NCBI GenBank assembly: GCA_043808285.1
Contig: JAZDFA010000007.1
Location: 29,100-93,099 of the forward strand
Source of the DNA: an archaeon
GTDB taxonomy: Archaea; Nanobdellota; Nanobdellia; Pacearchaeales; DTIR01
Reading direction: 5' to 3'
Length of the DNA stretch: 64,000 nt
A program made the translations under genes and the position numbers. Under the pieces are notes generated by a model. It was not told where the DNA came from, made no database searches, and was given only the letters and a program-made list of their open reading frames with translations. This document shows, in pieces, positions 48,440 through 58,297 of the stretch (positions are counted from its first letter, which is position 1; each line of letters begins with the position of its first letter).

Positions 48440-50218
48440 TTACTCCAAAATTGCCTTTATTCTTCTTGTGCCTGCTGCAATTGCCTCTTCTTTCTTTATC
48501 TTAAACACCTTGTTGCCTTCTCCAATCTTTGAGGTATTTTCAACGTGGGGGCCTGCACAAACCTCACTACTGAAGTCTCCTGCGCTGTAAACTGAAACTT
48601 TCTCGGAATACTTGTCAGAGAATAATGCCATAGAACCTTTTTGTTTTGCTTCCTCAACAGTCATCTCATTGCGGCATACGGGCAATGCTCTTTTTATCTG
48701 CTCGTTTACCCTGTCCTCTACCTTCTTTATCTCCTCGGGAGTCATTTTTTTGTCATGTGAAAAGTCAAATCTTAGCCTTTCAGCAGTAATATTAGAACCT
48801 CTTTGTGATACGTGCTCTCCCAACACCCGCCTTAAGGCGGCATGAAGGAGATGGGTTGCTGTATGGAGCTTTGTTGTCTCTTCTGATGTATCGGCCAATC
48901 CAGACTTGAATTTCTTCTCGTTGCCTTGCTTTGAAATCTCCTGATGCTTTTCAAATTCCTGTTTAAATCCCAAAACATCTACATCTTTATTATTTTCAGT
49001 TGCAATCTCGCAGGTCATTTCAATAGGAAACCCGAAGGATTGGTAAAGAAGGAAAGCGTCATGGCATGATATCTTGTTGCCAGACTTAGAGCATATCGCC
49101 CCAAATTCCTTTAATCCTCTTTCAAGAGTCTCCCTAAAAAGCTGCTCTTCCTGTCCTATCTCTTCAAGAATGAAATTTTTGTTGGATTTGAGTTCACTAT
49201 AATCCTCTTCATAAATCTTAATAACCTCTTCTGCAACTTTGGCAGTAAAATTTTCTTTTATTCCAAGAAGATTGCCATGCCTTACAGCCTTTCTTATCAA
49301 GCCCCTTAAAACATATCCCTGGTCTTTTTTTCCTGGAATAATATGCTTTTCATCACCTAGAATGAATGTTGCCGCCTTTATGTGGTCTGCAATAATCCTT
49401 GTGCTCTTTATATGCTCTTCTCTGAATAATTGGTTGTTCATTATCTCCATTATCTTTTTTATTATTGGTGAGAATATCTCAGTGTCATAAACATCTTCTT
49501 TTCCTTCCAACATTGCAACTGTCCTCTCAACCCCCATGCCAGTATCAACATTCTTTTGCTGCAATAGATCGTATTTTCCTTCTGAGGTCTTGTTGTACTG
49601 CATGAAAACATCATTCCATATCTCAAAAAATTTCCCGCACTTACATCCTGGCTTGCACTCCTTGCTGCAATTCTCTTTTCCAGTATCAATAAACATCTCT
49701 GTATCTGGCCCGCATGGACCGCTAGTTCCGGCAGGACCCCACCAGTTATGCTCCCTACCTAAAGAATGAATCCTCTCTTTTGGAATTCCCAAAGACTGCC
49801 ATATCTGAAAGGATTCGTAATCTCTTGCAACTTCATTATCTCCTTCAAAAATAGTAACGTGAATCTGTTCTTTTGAAAAACCCAGGACTTTTGTAAGGAA
49901 TTCAAAACTCCACTCTATTGCCTCTACTTTCCAGTAATCTCCAAAGCTCCAATTTCCAAGCATCTCTAAGAGAGTGAGATGGCTTGCATCTCCAACAGAA
50001 CCAATGTCTGTTGTCCTTATGCATTTTTGAACATCAACTATCCTTTTTCCCTGTGCATGACTTTGCCCCAGAATGTAAGGAACAAGCGGATGCATCCCGG
50101 CTGTTGTAAATAAAACAGTGGGGTCATTCTCAGGAATAAGTGAAGCGGAAGGGATTGCCTTATGCCCCTTGCTCTTGAAAAATTCAATATACTTTGAGAT
50201 TAATTCTTTGCGGTTCAT
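48440..50218 (-). CDS. alaS: Alanine--tRNA ligase, short form (no C-Ala domain)
   Basis: DPTVLFTTAGM; EMLGNWSFGDYWK; VDTGMGVER; HTATHLLH; CAGPHV. Confidence 0.95.
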   Translation of the reverse strand: MNRKELISKYIEFFKSKGHKAIPSASLIPENDPTVLFTTAGMHPLVPYILGQSHAQGKRIVDVQKCIRTTDIGSVGDASHLTLLEMLGNWSFGDYWKVEAIEWSFEFLTKVLGFSKEQIHVTIFEGDNEVARDYESFQIWQSLGIPKERIHSLGREHNWWGPAGTSGPCGPDTEMFIDTGKENCSKECKPGCKCGKFFEIWNDVFMQYNKTSEGKYDLLQQKNVDTGMGVERTVAMLEGKEDVYDTEIFSPIIKKIMEIMNNQLFREEHIKSTRIIADHIKAATFILGDEKHIIPGKKDQGYVLRGLIRKAVRHGNLLGIKENFTAKVAEEVIKIYEEDYSELKSNKNFILEEIGQEEQLFRETLERGLKEFGAICSKSGNKISCHDAFLLYQSFGFPIEMTCEIATENNKDVDVLGFKQEFEKHQEISKQGNEKKFKSGLADTSEETTKLHTATHLLHAALRRVLGEHVSQRGSNITAERLRFDFSHDKKMTPEEIKKVEDRVNEQIKRALPVCRNEMTVEEAKQKGSMALFSDKYSEKVSVYSAGDFSSEVCAGPHVENTSKIGEGNKVFKIKKEEAIAAGTRRIKAILE

Positions 50219-50533
50219 TATTGCCTCTGATAGAAAGGAGGTTTAATAAATTTTTTGTCAACAAATAGAAACAACCACGTGGATTAATAAATTTTTAAAA
50301 CAACATAAATTAATATTTTTAATTTAGTGGTTGGCTTGTGATGGGGGGAAGATGTTTTAGTAAAAAAGTACAAATTGAATTCTTTTCTGGCTTCAAAATG
50401 GTTGAGAGGTGAATTTGAGTTATGCGTAAAGAAACAATTCAAGTATGAAAGAAAACTCAATCTGCAAAACCAAAGAAAAACCATTGCGTAACCTTACTCT
50501 ATAACTGCTTAATTTCACGTCAATTAGAAAACG

Positions 50534-50695
50534 TCAGTCGTGGGTGGGAGTAAAGGAGAAAGTTATTGCTTCATAGCACTCCTTGCATAAATGCATCTTC
50601 TTCAATTTGTTATTGCTGTCTGGAGGGCTTAAGAGGATTGCACCAAAATCGTCTAACTCTTTTTTGCATTTATAGCATACTGGTTTGATTGCCAT
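50534..50695 (-). CDS. Small CxxC..CxxC zinc-finger protein (53 aa, not in ORF track)
   Basis: MAIKPVCYKCKKELDDFGAILLSPPDSNNKLKKMHLCKECYEAITFSFTPTHD. Confidence 0.75.
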   Translation of the reverse strand: MAIKPVCYKCKKELDDFGAILLSPPDSNNKLKKMHLCKECYEAITFSFTPTHD

Positions 50696-50718
50696 TTTGT
50701 TTTTGAAAAAGATAGGAG

Positions 50719-50745
50719 AATAATAATAATAATAATAATAATAAT
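50719..50745. repeat. (AAT)9 microsatellite
   Basis: Nine tandem AAT units, intergenic. Confidence 0.9.
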
Positions 50746-50747
50746 TC

Positions 50748-51209
50748 TTACTGCAAACTTTGCAGTTTGCTCTTTATCTCCTGCAATTCTTCATCCAGCC
50801 TTGTTTTCTTGTCCTTTTTTATCTTGGGAGGCTTCTTTTCTTTCACAATCCGCTTATTGGATGGCTTCTCTTGAGTCTCTTCTGTTTTCGGCTCGGATTG
50901 GGGCTCTTCCATTTCTTGAAGCTCTTTTCCTTCTGGAAGGTCGTATCCTTCCATTCCCTGAACTAAGTCCATGTCCTTTAGAACTGGAAGCAGTTCCTTT
51001 ATCTCCTTAATAAGCTTGGAAATTTCCTGGAACTTTGTCCTTGCCTGTCTCTTTGCATCGAACTCTAATTTTCTGAGTTCTTTTATGGTGAGAAGATTTC
51101 GCATGCTGTTTAATGTAAGAAGCTGCAGCTCAAGTGCTGCTTTCTTTGAATCAACTGCTTCTTCGTTTAGAATTTGTACATGAACCGAACTCTTGTCTAC
51201 CTGTGCCAT
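50748..51209 (-). CDS. Hypothetical coiled-coil protein
   Basis: Heptad-rich; C-terminal LDEELQEIKSKLQSL. Confidence 0.75.
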   Translation of the reverse strand: MAQVDKSSVHVQILNEEAVDSKKAALELQLLTLNSMRNLLTIKELRKLEFDAKRQARTKFQEISKLIKEIKELLPVLKDMDLVQGMEGYDLPEGKELQEMEEPQSEPKTEETQEKPSNKRIVKEKKPPKIKKDKKTRLDEELQEIKSKLQSLQ

Positions 51210-51221
51210 TTTTTAGAAATA

Positions 51222-51821
51222 TTAACCAAGCTTGCTGAACAATTTCTCATCTATTACTGATATCTTGTTCTTAATTTCCTCTATCTCTTTTTCCCAAGAA
51301 TCAAATTCCTGCTGTTCCTGATGCCTTATTTCTCTTGTCTTCTTGAGAAGATCATCTAATTCATCCACCTTTTCTTTTATTTGGTCAAAGTTCTTCAAAG
51401 CATCACTGAACCTTTCTATTTTTATGAATATTGGTTCTTTTGCCTTAATCTGCCTTGACTGTGACTGCGGGGGAGTTTTAGGGTAAGAATGTTTTGAAGG
51501 AGAGGCTGACTCTTCTCTCTCTTCTCCGGCTTCCGTCGTTAGATCAAAAATTTCTTTTGATGAAGGCATCTTGATTTCTGGTGGCCAAGCAGAACTGCCT
51601 ATTTCCATTGCCCTTTTTGGCTCTGGCTTTTGCTGCTGAGGCATAGAATAAGGATTTTGTGAAATGCTAGATCCCCTTGGCAAAGGGGGAATAGAATCAT
51701 TAAAATTATCTCTAGGAGTCAATGCATCCTTTATTTCCCTCACTTCTGGAAAAGCTGGAAGCTCTGGAACATCAAATGACCTCTCTGCTCTTTCTGGTTC
51801 TCTTTTTTTGAAAAGTGACAT
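51222..51821 (-). CDS. Hypothetical protein (Pro-rich N-terminus, coiled-coil C-terminus)
   Basis: MSLFKK; EPIFIKIERF..WEKEIEEIKNKISVIDEKLF. Confidence 0.75.
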   Translation of the reverse strand: MSLFKKREPERAERSFDVPELPAFPEVREIKDALTPRDNFNDSIPPLPRGSSISQNPYSMPQQQKPEPKRAMEIGSSAWPPEIKMPSSKEIFDLTTEAGEEREESASPSKHSYPKTPPQSQSRQIKAKEPIFIKIERFSDALKNFDQIKEKVDELDDLLKKTREIRHQEQQEFDSWEKEIEEIKNKISVIDEKLFSKLG

Positions 51822-51950
51822 TTTAAAATACTATTATTTAAACTTTATAAACTTTATAAACTTTAAAAATGTATAAATAGCTTTGCATACATTTAGAAGT
51901 GGTAACAGCAGAAGGGCAAAATATTTATTCAGCCTATTTATACTCTTTAG

Positions 51951-52631
51951 ATGCAAGAGAGGATGCTTTATGAAGTAGTTGAGGCTATTGTAGGCAAGAA
52001 TGGCGATGCCATCGTCGATATTCTAAAGGATAAAAAAGATGTCAATGAATTCAAGATAGCTGAAAAATTAAAGTTGACAATAAATCAGGCAAGAAACATA
52101 CTCTACAAGCTTTCTTCGCAGGATGTTGTAAGTTTTATAAGAAAAAAGGACAAGGCAAAGGGATGGTATATCTATTACTGGACATTAAACATAACAAAAT
52201 CACTTGAACATCTGCTTAAACTAAAGCAGAAGGAATTGTATGATAGCCAAAACATTCTAAAGAGTCTGCAAACAAAAAGATTCTACCACTGCAATGGATG
52301 CTCAATGAATTTAACAGAAGAGACTGCATTAAATCATGATTTTCTCTGCCCAGAATGTGGCACACTGCTTGAAGCAAGCGACAACAACGAGAAGATAGCA
52401 GAGATAAACAAAAAGATATCAAAAGTTGAAAAAGAAATTTTAGTGATAGATGGAGAAGTCGGAAAGTTAAGGCAGGCTACTGACAAAAAACACGCAAAAA
52501 AAGATTCTGCAATGAGATCAAAAAAGAAAAAAGAAAGAAAGGAAAAAAGACAAGTCAATCAAAAAAATAAGGTAATTGAACAAAAGAAAAATGAAAGAAA
52601 GGCTAAGAAAGCTTTAAAAAAGAAGAAGTGA
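51951..52631 (+). CDS. tfe: Transcription factor E (alpha)
   Basis: INQARNILYKL; GWYIYYW; CNGC..FLCPECG. Confidence 0.93.
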   Translation: MQERMLYEVVEAIVGKNGDAIVDILKDKKDVNEFKIAEKLKLTINQARNILYKLSSQDVVSFIRKKDKAKGWYIYYWTLNITKSLEHLLKLKQKELYDSQNILKSLQTKRFYHCNGCSMNLTEETALNHDFLCPECGTLLEASDNNEKIAEINKKISKVEKEILVIDGEVGKLRQATDKKHAKKDSAMRSKKKKERKEKRQVNQKNKVIEQKKNERKAKKALKKKK

Positions 52632-52647
52632 ATTCTATTTTATCATG

Positions 52648-52798
52648 ATAAAAACCTCATTAACTTTTGGTTTCCGCGAAAAGCAAGCTTTTCGGGGTCC
52701 TGAAAAACCCTTTGGTTTTTCTTGATTAGTATGATCCAAAATTAAACCACTAACTAAAAACTGCACAATTTTTAAAGTGTGGTTTCAATTTATAGACA
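52648..52798 (+). mobile_element. Modular hairpin element, copy 5 (A''-B'-D), ending on the rhomboid ATG
   Basis: B' shared with copy 4; D (ATCCAAAATTAAACCAC..GTGTGGTTTCAATTTAT.GACA) shared with copy 6. Confidence 0.8.
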
Positions 52799-53442
52799 TG
52801 ATAAAAAAACAAGGAAGAAGTCTAACATTCTCATTGATTATTGCAAATGTAGCAGTTTTTGCAATATGGCTTTTTTTACTTTTGTTTAAATTGGATATTA
52901 GCAGATATCTTGCCGTTGTTCCTAATGCAATACTGCAGGGAAAAGATATATGGACGATAATAACAAGCGTGTTCATGCATGCCTCGGTGGGGCACTTGCT
53001 GATGAACATGATGAGCCTTGCATTTTTGGGAAATTTTCTTGAAAGAATCTTGGGGAGAAAAAGATTTTTTATATTTTACATGCTAGCTGGAATATTTGCA
53101 TCATTATTCTTTGTCTTCTTTGCATTTCTTTTCAAGCAAGACCTAAATATAGGTGCAGTTGGAGCTTCTGGAGCAATATTTGGGATAGCAGGATTGATTG
53201 CAATATTAACCCCTCAGCTGCCCGTTTACATAATGTTCATACCAATAGCAATGCCCATGTGGATTGCATCCTTTGTGATATTGATAGTTATGTGGCTCTT
53301 ATCTCTTGTTGCCGGACTGCCTATAGGCAACAGCGCGCATCTTGGAGGATTAATTACGGGAATGGCGTATGGATTTTACCTTAAAAAAAGATATCCCAGA
53401 AAAGTAATGCTTCTAAACAAATACCTTATGGGCAGGCATTGA
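52798..53442 (+). CDS. Rhomboid family intramembrane serine protease
   Basis: TSVFMH..HLLMNM; VGASGAIFG; AHLGG. Confidence 0.95.
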   Translation: MIKKQGRSLTFSLIIANVAVFAIWLFLLLFKLDISRYLAVVPNAILQGKDIWTIITSVFMHASVGHLLMNMMSLAFLGNFLERILGRKRFFIFYMLAGIFASLFFVFFAFLFKQDLNIGAVGASGAIFGIAGLIAILTPQLPVYIMFIPIAMPMWIASFVILIVMWLLSLVAGLPIGNSAHLGGLITGMAYGFYLKKRYPRKVMLLNKYLMGRH

Positions 53443-53491
53443 AAAAAGCAAGTATTTTAAAGTGAAATCTCTTTTACATTGAGAGAGAAAA

Positions 53492-53884
53492 ATGGGTGAC
53501 AATGAATTTGATGCATTCTCCAGCATGAGCGGGGAATTCAACACAAAAATTGCAGATATTGAAGGAAAATATGAGCTTCTTAGAGAAAGGATGCTACTCT
53601 CAAATGAAAGCTTCATAAAAAACCGCGACAATATACTTAAAGAGATGAGGATCATCAAAGAGGATGTAAGAGAAATAAAAACGGAGATAGAAAAATTAAA
53701 AGAGATTATGCAGCACATGAGTGCAGATTCAGAGGAGTATGCAAGAAAAGAAGAATTGAGGATACTTGAAAGATACATGAAATTATGGGAACCTCTCAAA
53801 TTTACAAGGGTTGATGAAGTAAAAAGAATGATCCAAGAGGCATTAGCTGGGCTAAAATCCGAGCATGAAGAGGTAAAAGTATAA
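53492..53884 (+). CDS. Hypothetical coiled-coil protein
   Basis: Heptads; YARKEELRILERYMKLWEP. Confidence 0.75.
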   Translation: MGDNEFDAFSSMSGEFNTKIADIEGKYELLRERMLLSNESFIKNRDNILKEMRIIKEDVREIKTEIEKLKEIMQHMSADSEEYARKEELRILERYMKLWEPLKFTRVDEVKRMIQEALAGLKSEHEEVKV

Positions 53885-53908
53885 AAACCACTATTTGTTT
53901 TTACTAGA

Positions 53909-54700
53909 ATGTCTAATGCATTGGATGATTTTCTTACTCTTGAAAAACAGGGTAAGACAGACAAAGAAATAGTGGCATCATTGCAGGAAAACGGATACTC
54001 AAACACTGAAATAAATGATGCTATAAACCAGACAAAAATAAAAAAAGCAGTAGTTTCTCAAGAAGGAATGCAACCATCAATAATGCAACAACAGCAAGCA
54101 GAGGAATTTGTTCCTGTTCCAACAGCGGTAAAGAAAAAAGCTTCCAAAAAAGAGGAAGAAGAGCAGCAGTCAGTATTTACACATGCTTCTGAGGATTCTT
54201 ATTCACAGCAGCCCCAGCAAGCGCCTCAGCAACTACCTAGTGATTTATATGATTACAGCCAGCAGCCTCAGCCAGCATACCCCCAGTACAATTATGGCCA
54301 GCCACAGCAATACCAACAAACGGTTTCTTCGCAGGGTATTGATGTGGAAACAATAGAAGAAATTTCTGAAGAGATAGTAAATGAGAAGATTTCAGATATA
54401 AGGAATAAAATAGAGAACATGGCAGAATTTAGGCATTCAATGGAAACAAGAATGGAAGATATTGATGAAAGAGTTAAAAGAATGGAGATTAATATTGACA
54501 GGTTGCAAGCAGCGCTGATAGGAAAGGTCGGGGAATACAGCAAGAATATAAAAGACCTTGGAAGCGAGATGAGGGCAGTTGAGGGGGCATTTAGCAACAT
54601 ACTAAATCCTTTAGTGGATAACATAAAAGAGCTCAATGCTATAACTGAAAGGCTTAAGACTAAAGAAAAACCGGAAAAGAAGCAGGTGCTAAAAGATTAA
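53909..54700 (+). CDS. Hypothetical protein (N-terminal helical motif, Q/P-rich linker, coiled coil)
   Basis: LQENGYSNTEINDA; QQPQ tract; IEEISEEIVNEK..ILNPLVDNIKEL. Confidence 0.75.
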   Translation: MSNALDDFLTLEKQGKTDKEIVASLQENGYSNTEINDAINQTKIKKAVVSQEGMQPSIMQQQQAEEFVPVPTAVKKKASKKEEEEQQSVFTHASEDSYSQQPQQAPQQLPSDLYDYSQQPQPAYPQYNYGQPQQYQQTVSSQGIDVETIEEISEEIVNEKISDIRNKIENMAEFRHSMETRMEDIDERVKRMEINIDRLQAALIGKVGEYSKNIKDLGSEMRAVEGAFSNILNPLVDNIKELNAITERLKTKEKPEKKQVLKD

Positions 54701-54706
54701 TTTTTT

Positions 54707-55186
54707 CTACTTGTTTGCAAACCAGGAGATTACCCCGCCTATTGCAAAAAGCACAATTACTCCCAAAACAGAAGGGTTGGTTAAGAAACTCTTTATTTCT
54801 GATGTTGTACCAAGATTAAAAAAATGACTTATTGCGCTGCCAAAAACCTGCACGCCTGAAATGAGGAATATCAACAAGAGAACTGCTATCAATCCAAAGC
54901 TTACAACTGGGTTTTTTACCACCTCTTCTATATTCCCTCTTACAAAACCTATCAGAATAAGCATGAAGAAGACTGCAATAAGAAAAACAATTATCCAGGG
55001 AGTTACTGTTAATGTGTATTCTCTGGCATTTGGCGCAACAATAAAAATTATTGCAATTGCAAGGCTTAGCAAACTGTGAATAAATTTATTTTCTCCCAAA
55101 ATCTTTGTCTTACCAATCAATGCATATACTAATACATAAACAAATATGAAAACAAATATAGGCATTAATTCCGTGCTAGGTAACAT
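54707..55186 (-). CDS. Membrane protein, paralog 3 of 3
   Basis: PIFVFIFVYVLVYALIGKTKILG motif; ~5 TM. Confidence 0.8.
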   Translation of the reverse strand: MLPSTELMPIFVFIFVYVLVYALIGKTKILGENKFIHSLLSLAIAIIFIVAPNAREYTLTVTPWIIVFLIAVFFMLILIGFVRGNIEEVVKNPVVSFGLIAVLLLIFLISGVQVFGSAISHFFNLGTTSEIKSFLTNPSVLGVIVLFAIGGVISWFANK

Positions 55187-55218
55187 TTTTCCGTTTCTCC
55201 ATTAAAAATTACTTCTTT

Positions 55219-55725
55219 TCAGGCTGATTTAGGGTGCTTATTAGATAAAGAAAATGCAACAATGATTCCTACTAAGACAATTCCCCATACAACTATGTTG
55301 CCCCACTGCATCCACCACGAAGATGCCCCAATTGAAAATCCGCCCTGTGTTGATAATATAACAACAAAGAAGACTATGGCTGCTACAGAACCCAAGATTG
55401 TCATCCATATATTCTCGTTTTTATCTTTAACGATAAACAGACCCACTAGAATCATCAATGTTAACATTACTCCAACACCCATTCCTAATCTTGGAAAAAG
55501 CTCTGCAAAGAATCTTTGCATGAATTGCTGCTGCAATGCCAATAATCCTACAGATAATGCAACTATCATGTCTATTCCTGTCTTTCCGCCAAGAATCTTT
55601 GATTTGTTAAGAACTGCAAATATTACCGCGAATAATAAAAGAAATGGAAGAAATACTGAGAATAGCCCTTGAGTTTCCCATAATGCAACTAATGCATCGA
55701 GTTGAGTTGATCCATATGCTACCAT
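55219..55725 (-). CDS. Membrane protein, paralog 2 of 3
   Basis: LPFLLLFAVIFAVLNKSKILG motif; ~5 TM. Confidence 0.8.
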   Translation of the reverse strand: MVAYGSTQLDALVALWETQGLFSVFLPFLLLFAVIFAVLNKSKILGGKTGIDMIVALSVGLLALQQQFMQRFFAELFPRLGMGVGVMLTLMILVGLFIVKDKNENIWMTILGSVAAIVFFVVILSTQGGFSIGASSWWMQWGNIVVWGIVLVGIIVAFSLSNKHPKSA

Positions 55726-55765
55726 TTTGTTATGATGATATTTTCATTTATATACTTTTTTGTTT

Positions 55766-56284
55766 TTACTCTTTCTTGTCTCCCTTTGTGCTTGTAAACA
55801 AGATTGCAACCACTACTGCGGTAATTATTAAGAACACTATTGACTGAAATACTGGCGCATTGCCATCGCTCTTGAAGAATTGAGAAAGAACGGGAATTTT
55901 GCCGCTGCTCCATAGAATAGTCGAGATTAAAACAATTCCTACGATTATTCCTATTACAATTTGAAGGGTCTTATTTAATCCTCCATCCTGAATTAGAGCT
56001 CCTTCTTTTCCAGCTGTAAAGCCAACAAGAAGCATAAAAACAAAAATAACTATCGCGACAACAGCAACAACAGGGATTATGTCATTTATCATATCTCTTG
56101 TGACACCAACACCCACGATTATAAGCCCCATTGAAAGAGAAATAATGCTGTTTAACTGGTGCTTCTTTTCTCCCAGTATCTTTGATTTTTCAAGTATTGC
56201 GAAAAAAAGAGTGAAAACGAGAACAAATGGTATTACAACTTGGCTAAACCATTCAGCGCCGGTTATTGCTAGCCCATCAGCCAT
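55766..56284 (-). CDS. Membrane protein, paralog 1 of 3
   Basis: IPFVLVFTLFFAILEKSKILG motif; ~5 TM. Confidence 0.8.
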   Translation of the reverse strand: MADGLAITGAEWFSQVVIPFVLVFTLFFAILEKSKILGEKKHQLNSIISLSMGLIIVGVGVTRDMINDIIPVVAVVAIVIFVFMLLVGFTAGKEGALIQDGGLNKTLQIVIGIIVGIVLISTILWSSGKIPVLSQFFKSDGNAPVFQSIVFLIITAVVVAILFTSTKGDKKE

Positions 56285-56285
56285 T

Positions 56286-56582
56286 TTACTCTAGATGTTC
56301 ATCATGATGTTCCTCGGTTTCTTCCTTGCTTGGAACAGCTGACTTGCTTACAACTACAACGTCTCCGATTGCCTTGACAAATTGATGTGGAACTATCAAG
56401 CCCCTTGCCCCGCCTAAAAAGGGAGACAATGTGCTTTCTCTTGCGATTCTTATTCTCCACCCGTCAATCTTGTTTTCCAATAGATTGACTTCTTCAATTT
56501 CTCCGAAGTAGTCTCCACCATCAGTAAAAACTCTCATTCCGAGGATTTCAGATATTTTTCTTATCTTTAACATTTTTTCCAC
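56286..56582 (-). CDS. Stand-alone PRC-barrel protein (CdpB-like)
   Basis: SEILGMRVFTDGGDYFGEIEEV..IVPHQFVKAIGDVVVV. Confidence 0.85.
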   Translation of the reverse strand: MEKMLKIRKISEILGMRVFTDGGDYFGEIEEVNLLENKIDGWRIRIARESTLSPFLGGARGLIVPHQFVKAIGDVVVVSKSAVPSKEETEEHHDEHLE

Positions 56583-56798
56583 CTCTGTGTTATATTACTG
56601 TGCTTAAAAGTTATTTATATACTTTTCCATTTTTTTAGAGATAAATGGGGTTGGGAGGGGGAAAGTTCTAAACCAAAACATTTTGTTTATAGGCAGGAGG
56701 TGGAGTTTTTTAGATTAGATGAAAAATAATAAACCAATTGGGAGGGGATTTCATATTCTGTTAACTGACTCTAGATATAAATCCTGCAACTGGCTTTT

Positions 56799-57461
56799 TT
56801 ATACGAGACTTTCTGCGATTATAATGTCTAGAGGATATGTAATCTTTAAATTTTTCCTTGTACCTAAAACCATTTTGACTTTGTAACCTCTTCTCTCAAC
56901 TAAAGAAGCGTCATCTGTTCCTGTATATTTATCTTTAAATGCAAGATTATGTGCTTCATTTAGCAAGTCATATCTGAATCCTTGCGGTGTCTGTATCTCC
57001 CAGAGGAAATCTCTGTCAAGAGTTTCTTCAACAAAATCTCTCCCCTTTTTGATGGTGTCTCTTAACGGTATGGCTGGAATTGCAGCACCATATTCCTTGG
57101 CTGCCTGAAATATCTTTCTAACAAGACCCAGTGTAATAAATGGCCGTGCAACATCATGCACTAAAACATATTCTGAATTTGAGATGCTTCTGATTGCTTT
57201 GTAAACAGATTCCTGCCGGGTTTTGCCTCCTGAAATAATCCTATACTTCTTATCAAATCTGAGCCCATCAACAATATGTTCTGCATCTTCTATCTTATTT
57301 TTGTTAACAACTACTATAATCTCATCAATAAACCTGCAATTATTGAATATTCCTAATGAATAGCTTAGTAGGGGCTTATTTCCTAAAATTAGGAATGGTT
57401 TGTGCTTTTTTCCGATTCTTGTTCCTTTGCCAGCCCCCAATAAGATTGCAGTGTTTGCCAT
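56799..57461 (-). CDS. IspD/TarI-family cytidylyltransferase
   Basis: GAGKGTR; GGKTRQESV; VHDVARP; IQTPQGF; TDDASL; NLKIT. Confidence 0.9.
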   Translation of the reverse strand: MANTAILLGAGKGTRIGKKHKPFLILGNKPLLSYSLGIFNNCRFIDEIIVVVNKNKIEDAEHIVDGLRFDKKYRIISGGKTRQESVYKAIRSISNSEYVLVHDVARPFITLGLVRKIFQAAKEYGAAIPAIPLRDTIKKGRDFVEETLDRDFLWEIQTPQGFRYDLLNEAHNLAFKDKYTGTDDASLVERRGYKVKMVLGTRKNLKITYPLDIIIAESLV

Positions 57462-57558
57462 TAGGATAATATTCTCTGATAAGCTATAAAAGATTGCCTA
57501 TATCCTCCTTAAAAAAAATAATCGCAACATTTATAAAAAAATATCAACTGGATTAAAT

Positions 57559-58260
57559 ATGTTCAAAGCAAAAGAGTTGGTTTATATTATATTAGCAAGC
57601 GCGGTAATAGGATATGTTATCTCTTTCTCAAGCATAAGCTGGGAGAATTGGGCCAAATTTGCAGTATTAGGATTTGCAATGCTTATGATAAATGTTATTG
57701 CAAAAAAAATTGCCGCTTACAAACTTGGATGCGAAATAGAAATGGAGCCATGGCAGGCAAAAAGGTATTGGTTTTATGAATCTGCACATATAAGATATGG
57801 CATTCCAATGTGGGTGGTATGGCCAATTTTTATGGTGTGGGCAAGTCTTGGATTAGTATGGTGGCTTGTTGTAATGACTTTTGAGGTTTATGCAACAAGG
57901 GCAAGAGTGGGAAGAAAGTTTGCAGAGCTTACTGAATGGGATATTGCACTGATTGCATCGGCAGGAATTGTAACAAATCTTGTTGTAGCAGTGATATTTG
58001 CGGCAAGAGGAGACATTACTTTCGCTTACATGAATCTTTGGTTTGTATTTTTCAATCTTATTCCTTTCCCCGCATATGACGGGGGGAAAATATTCTTTGG
58101 AGAAGCTCTTTTTTATGTGTTTATAGCAACAATAAGCCTTATAGTTATCTTCCTGCTGCATATAACCACTAATATCCCAATAATAACAGTAACCTCTCTT
58201 CTTTCCGGGATAATGGCAATATTTGTATTCTATCATGTATTTGAAAGGCCATTGAAGTAG
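57559..58260 (+). CDS. M50/S2P-like membrane protein lacking HExxH
   Basis: AGIVTN and FNLIPFPAYDGGKI motifs present; expected HExxH position reads NVIAK. Confidence 0.7.
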   Translation: MFKAKELVYIILASAVIGYVISFSSISWENWAKFAVLGFAMLMINVIAKKIAAYKLGCEIEMEPWQAKRYWFYESAHIRYGIPMWVVWPIFMVWASLGLVWWLVVMTFEVYATRARVGRKFAELTEWDIALIASAGIVTNLVVAVIFAARGDITFAYMNLWFVFFNLIPFPAYDGGKIFFGEALFYVFIATISLIVIFLLHITTNIPIITVTSLLSGIMAIFVFYHVFERPLK

Positions 58261-58297
58261 AGAGCTTTATAAATTTGCAAATGCATTTTTCAATTAA

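Noticed and set aside
50284-50484. 66-aa minus-strand ORF
   Set aside because: Atypical composition; the opposite strand looks more like a gene relic
56799-57461. MEP pathway inferred from the IspD-like gene
   Set aside because: No other isp genes here; the family includes TarI-like sugar-alcohol cytidylyltransferases
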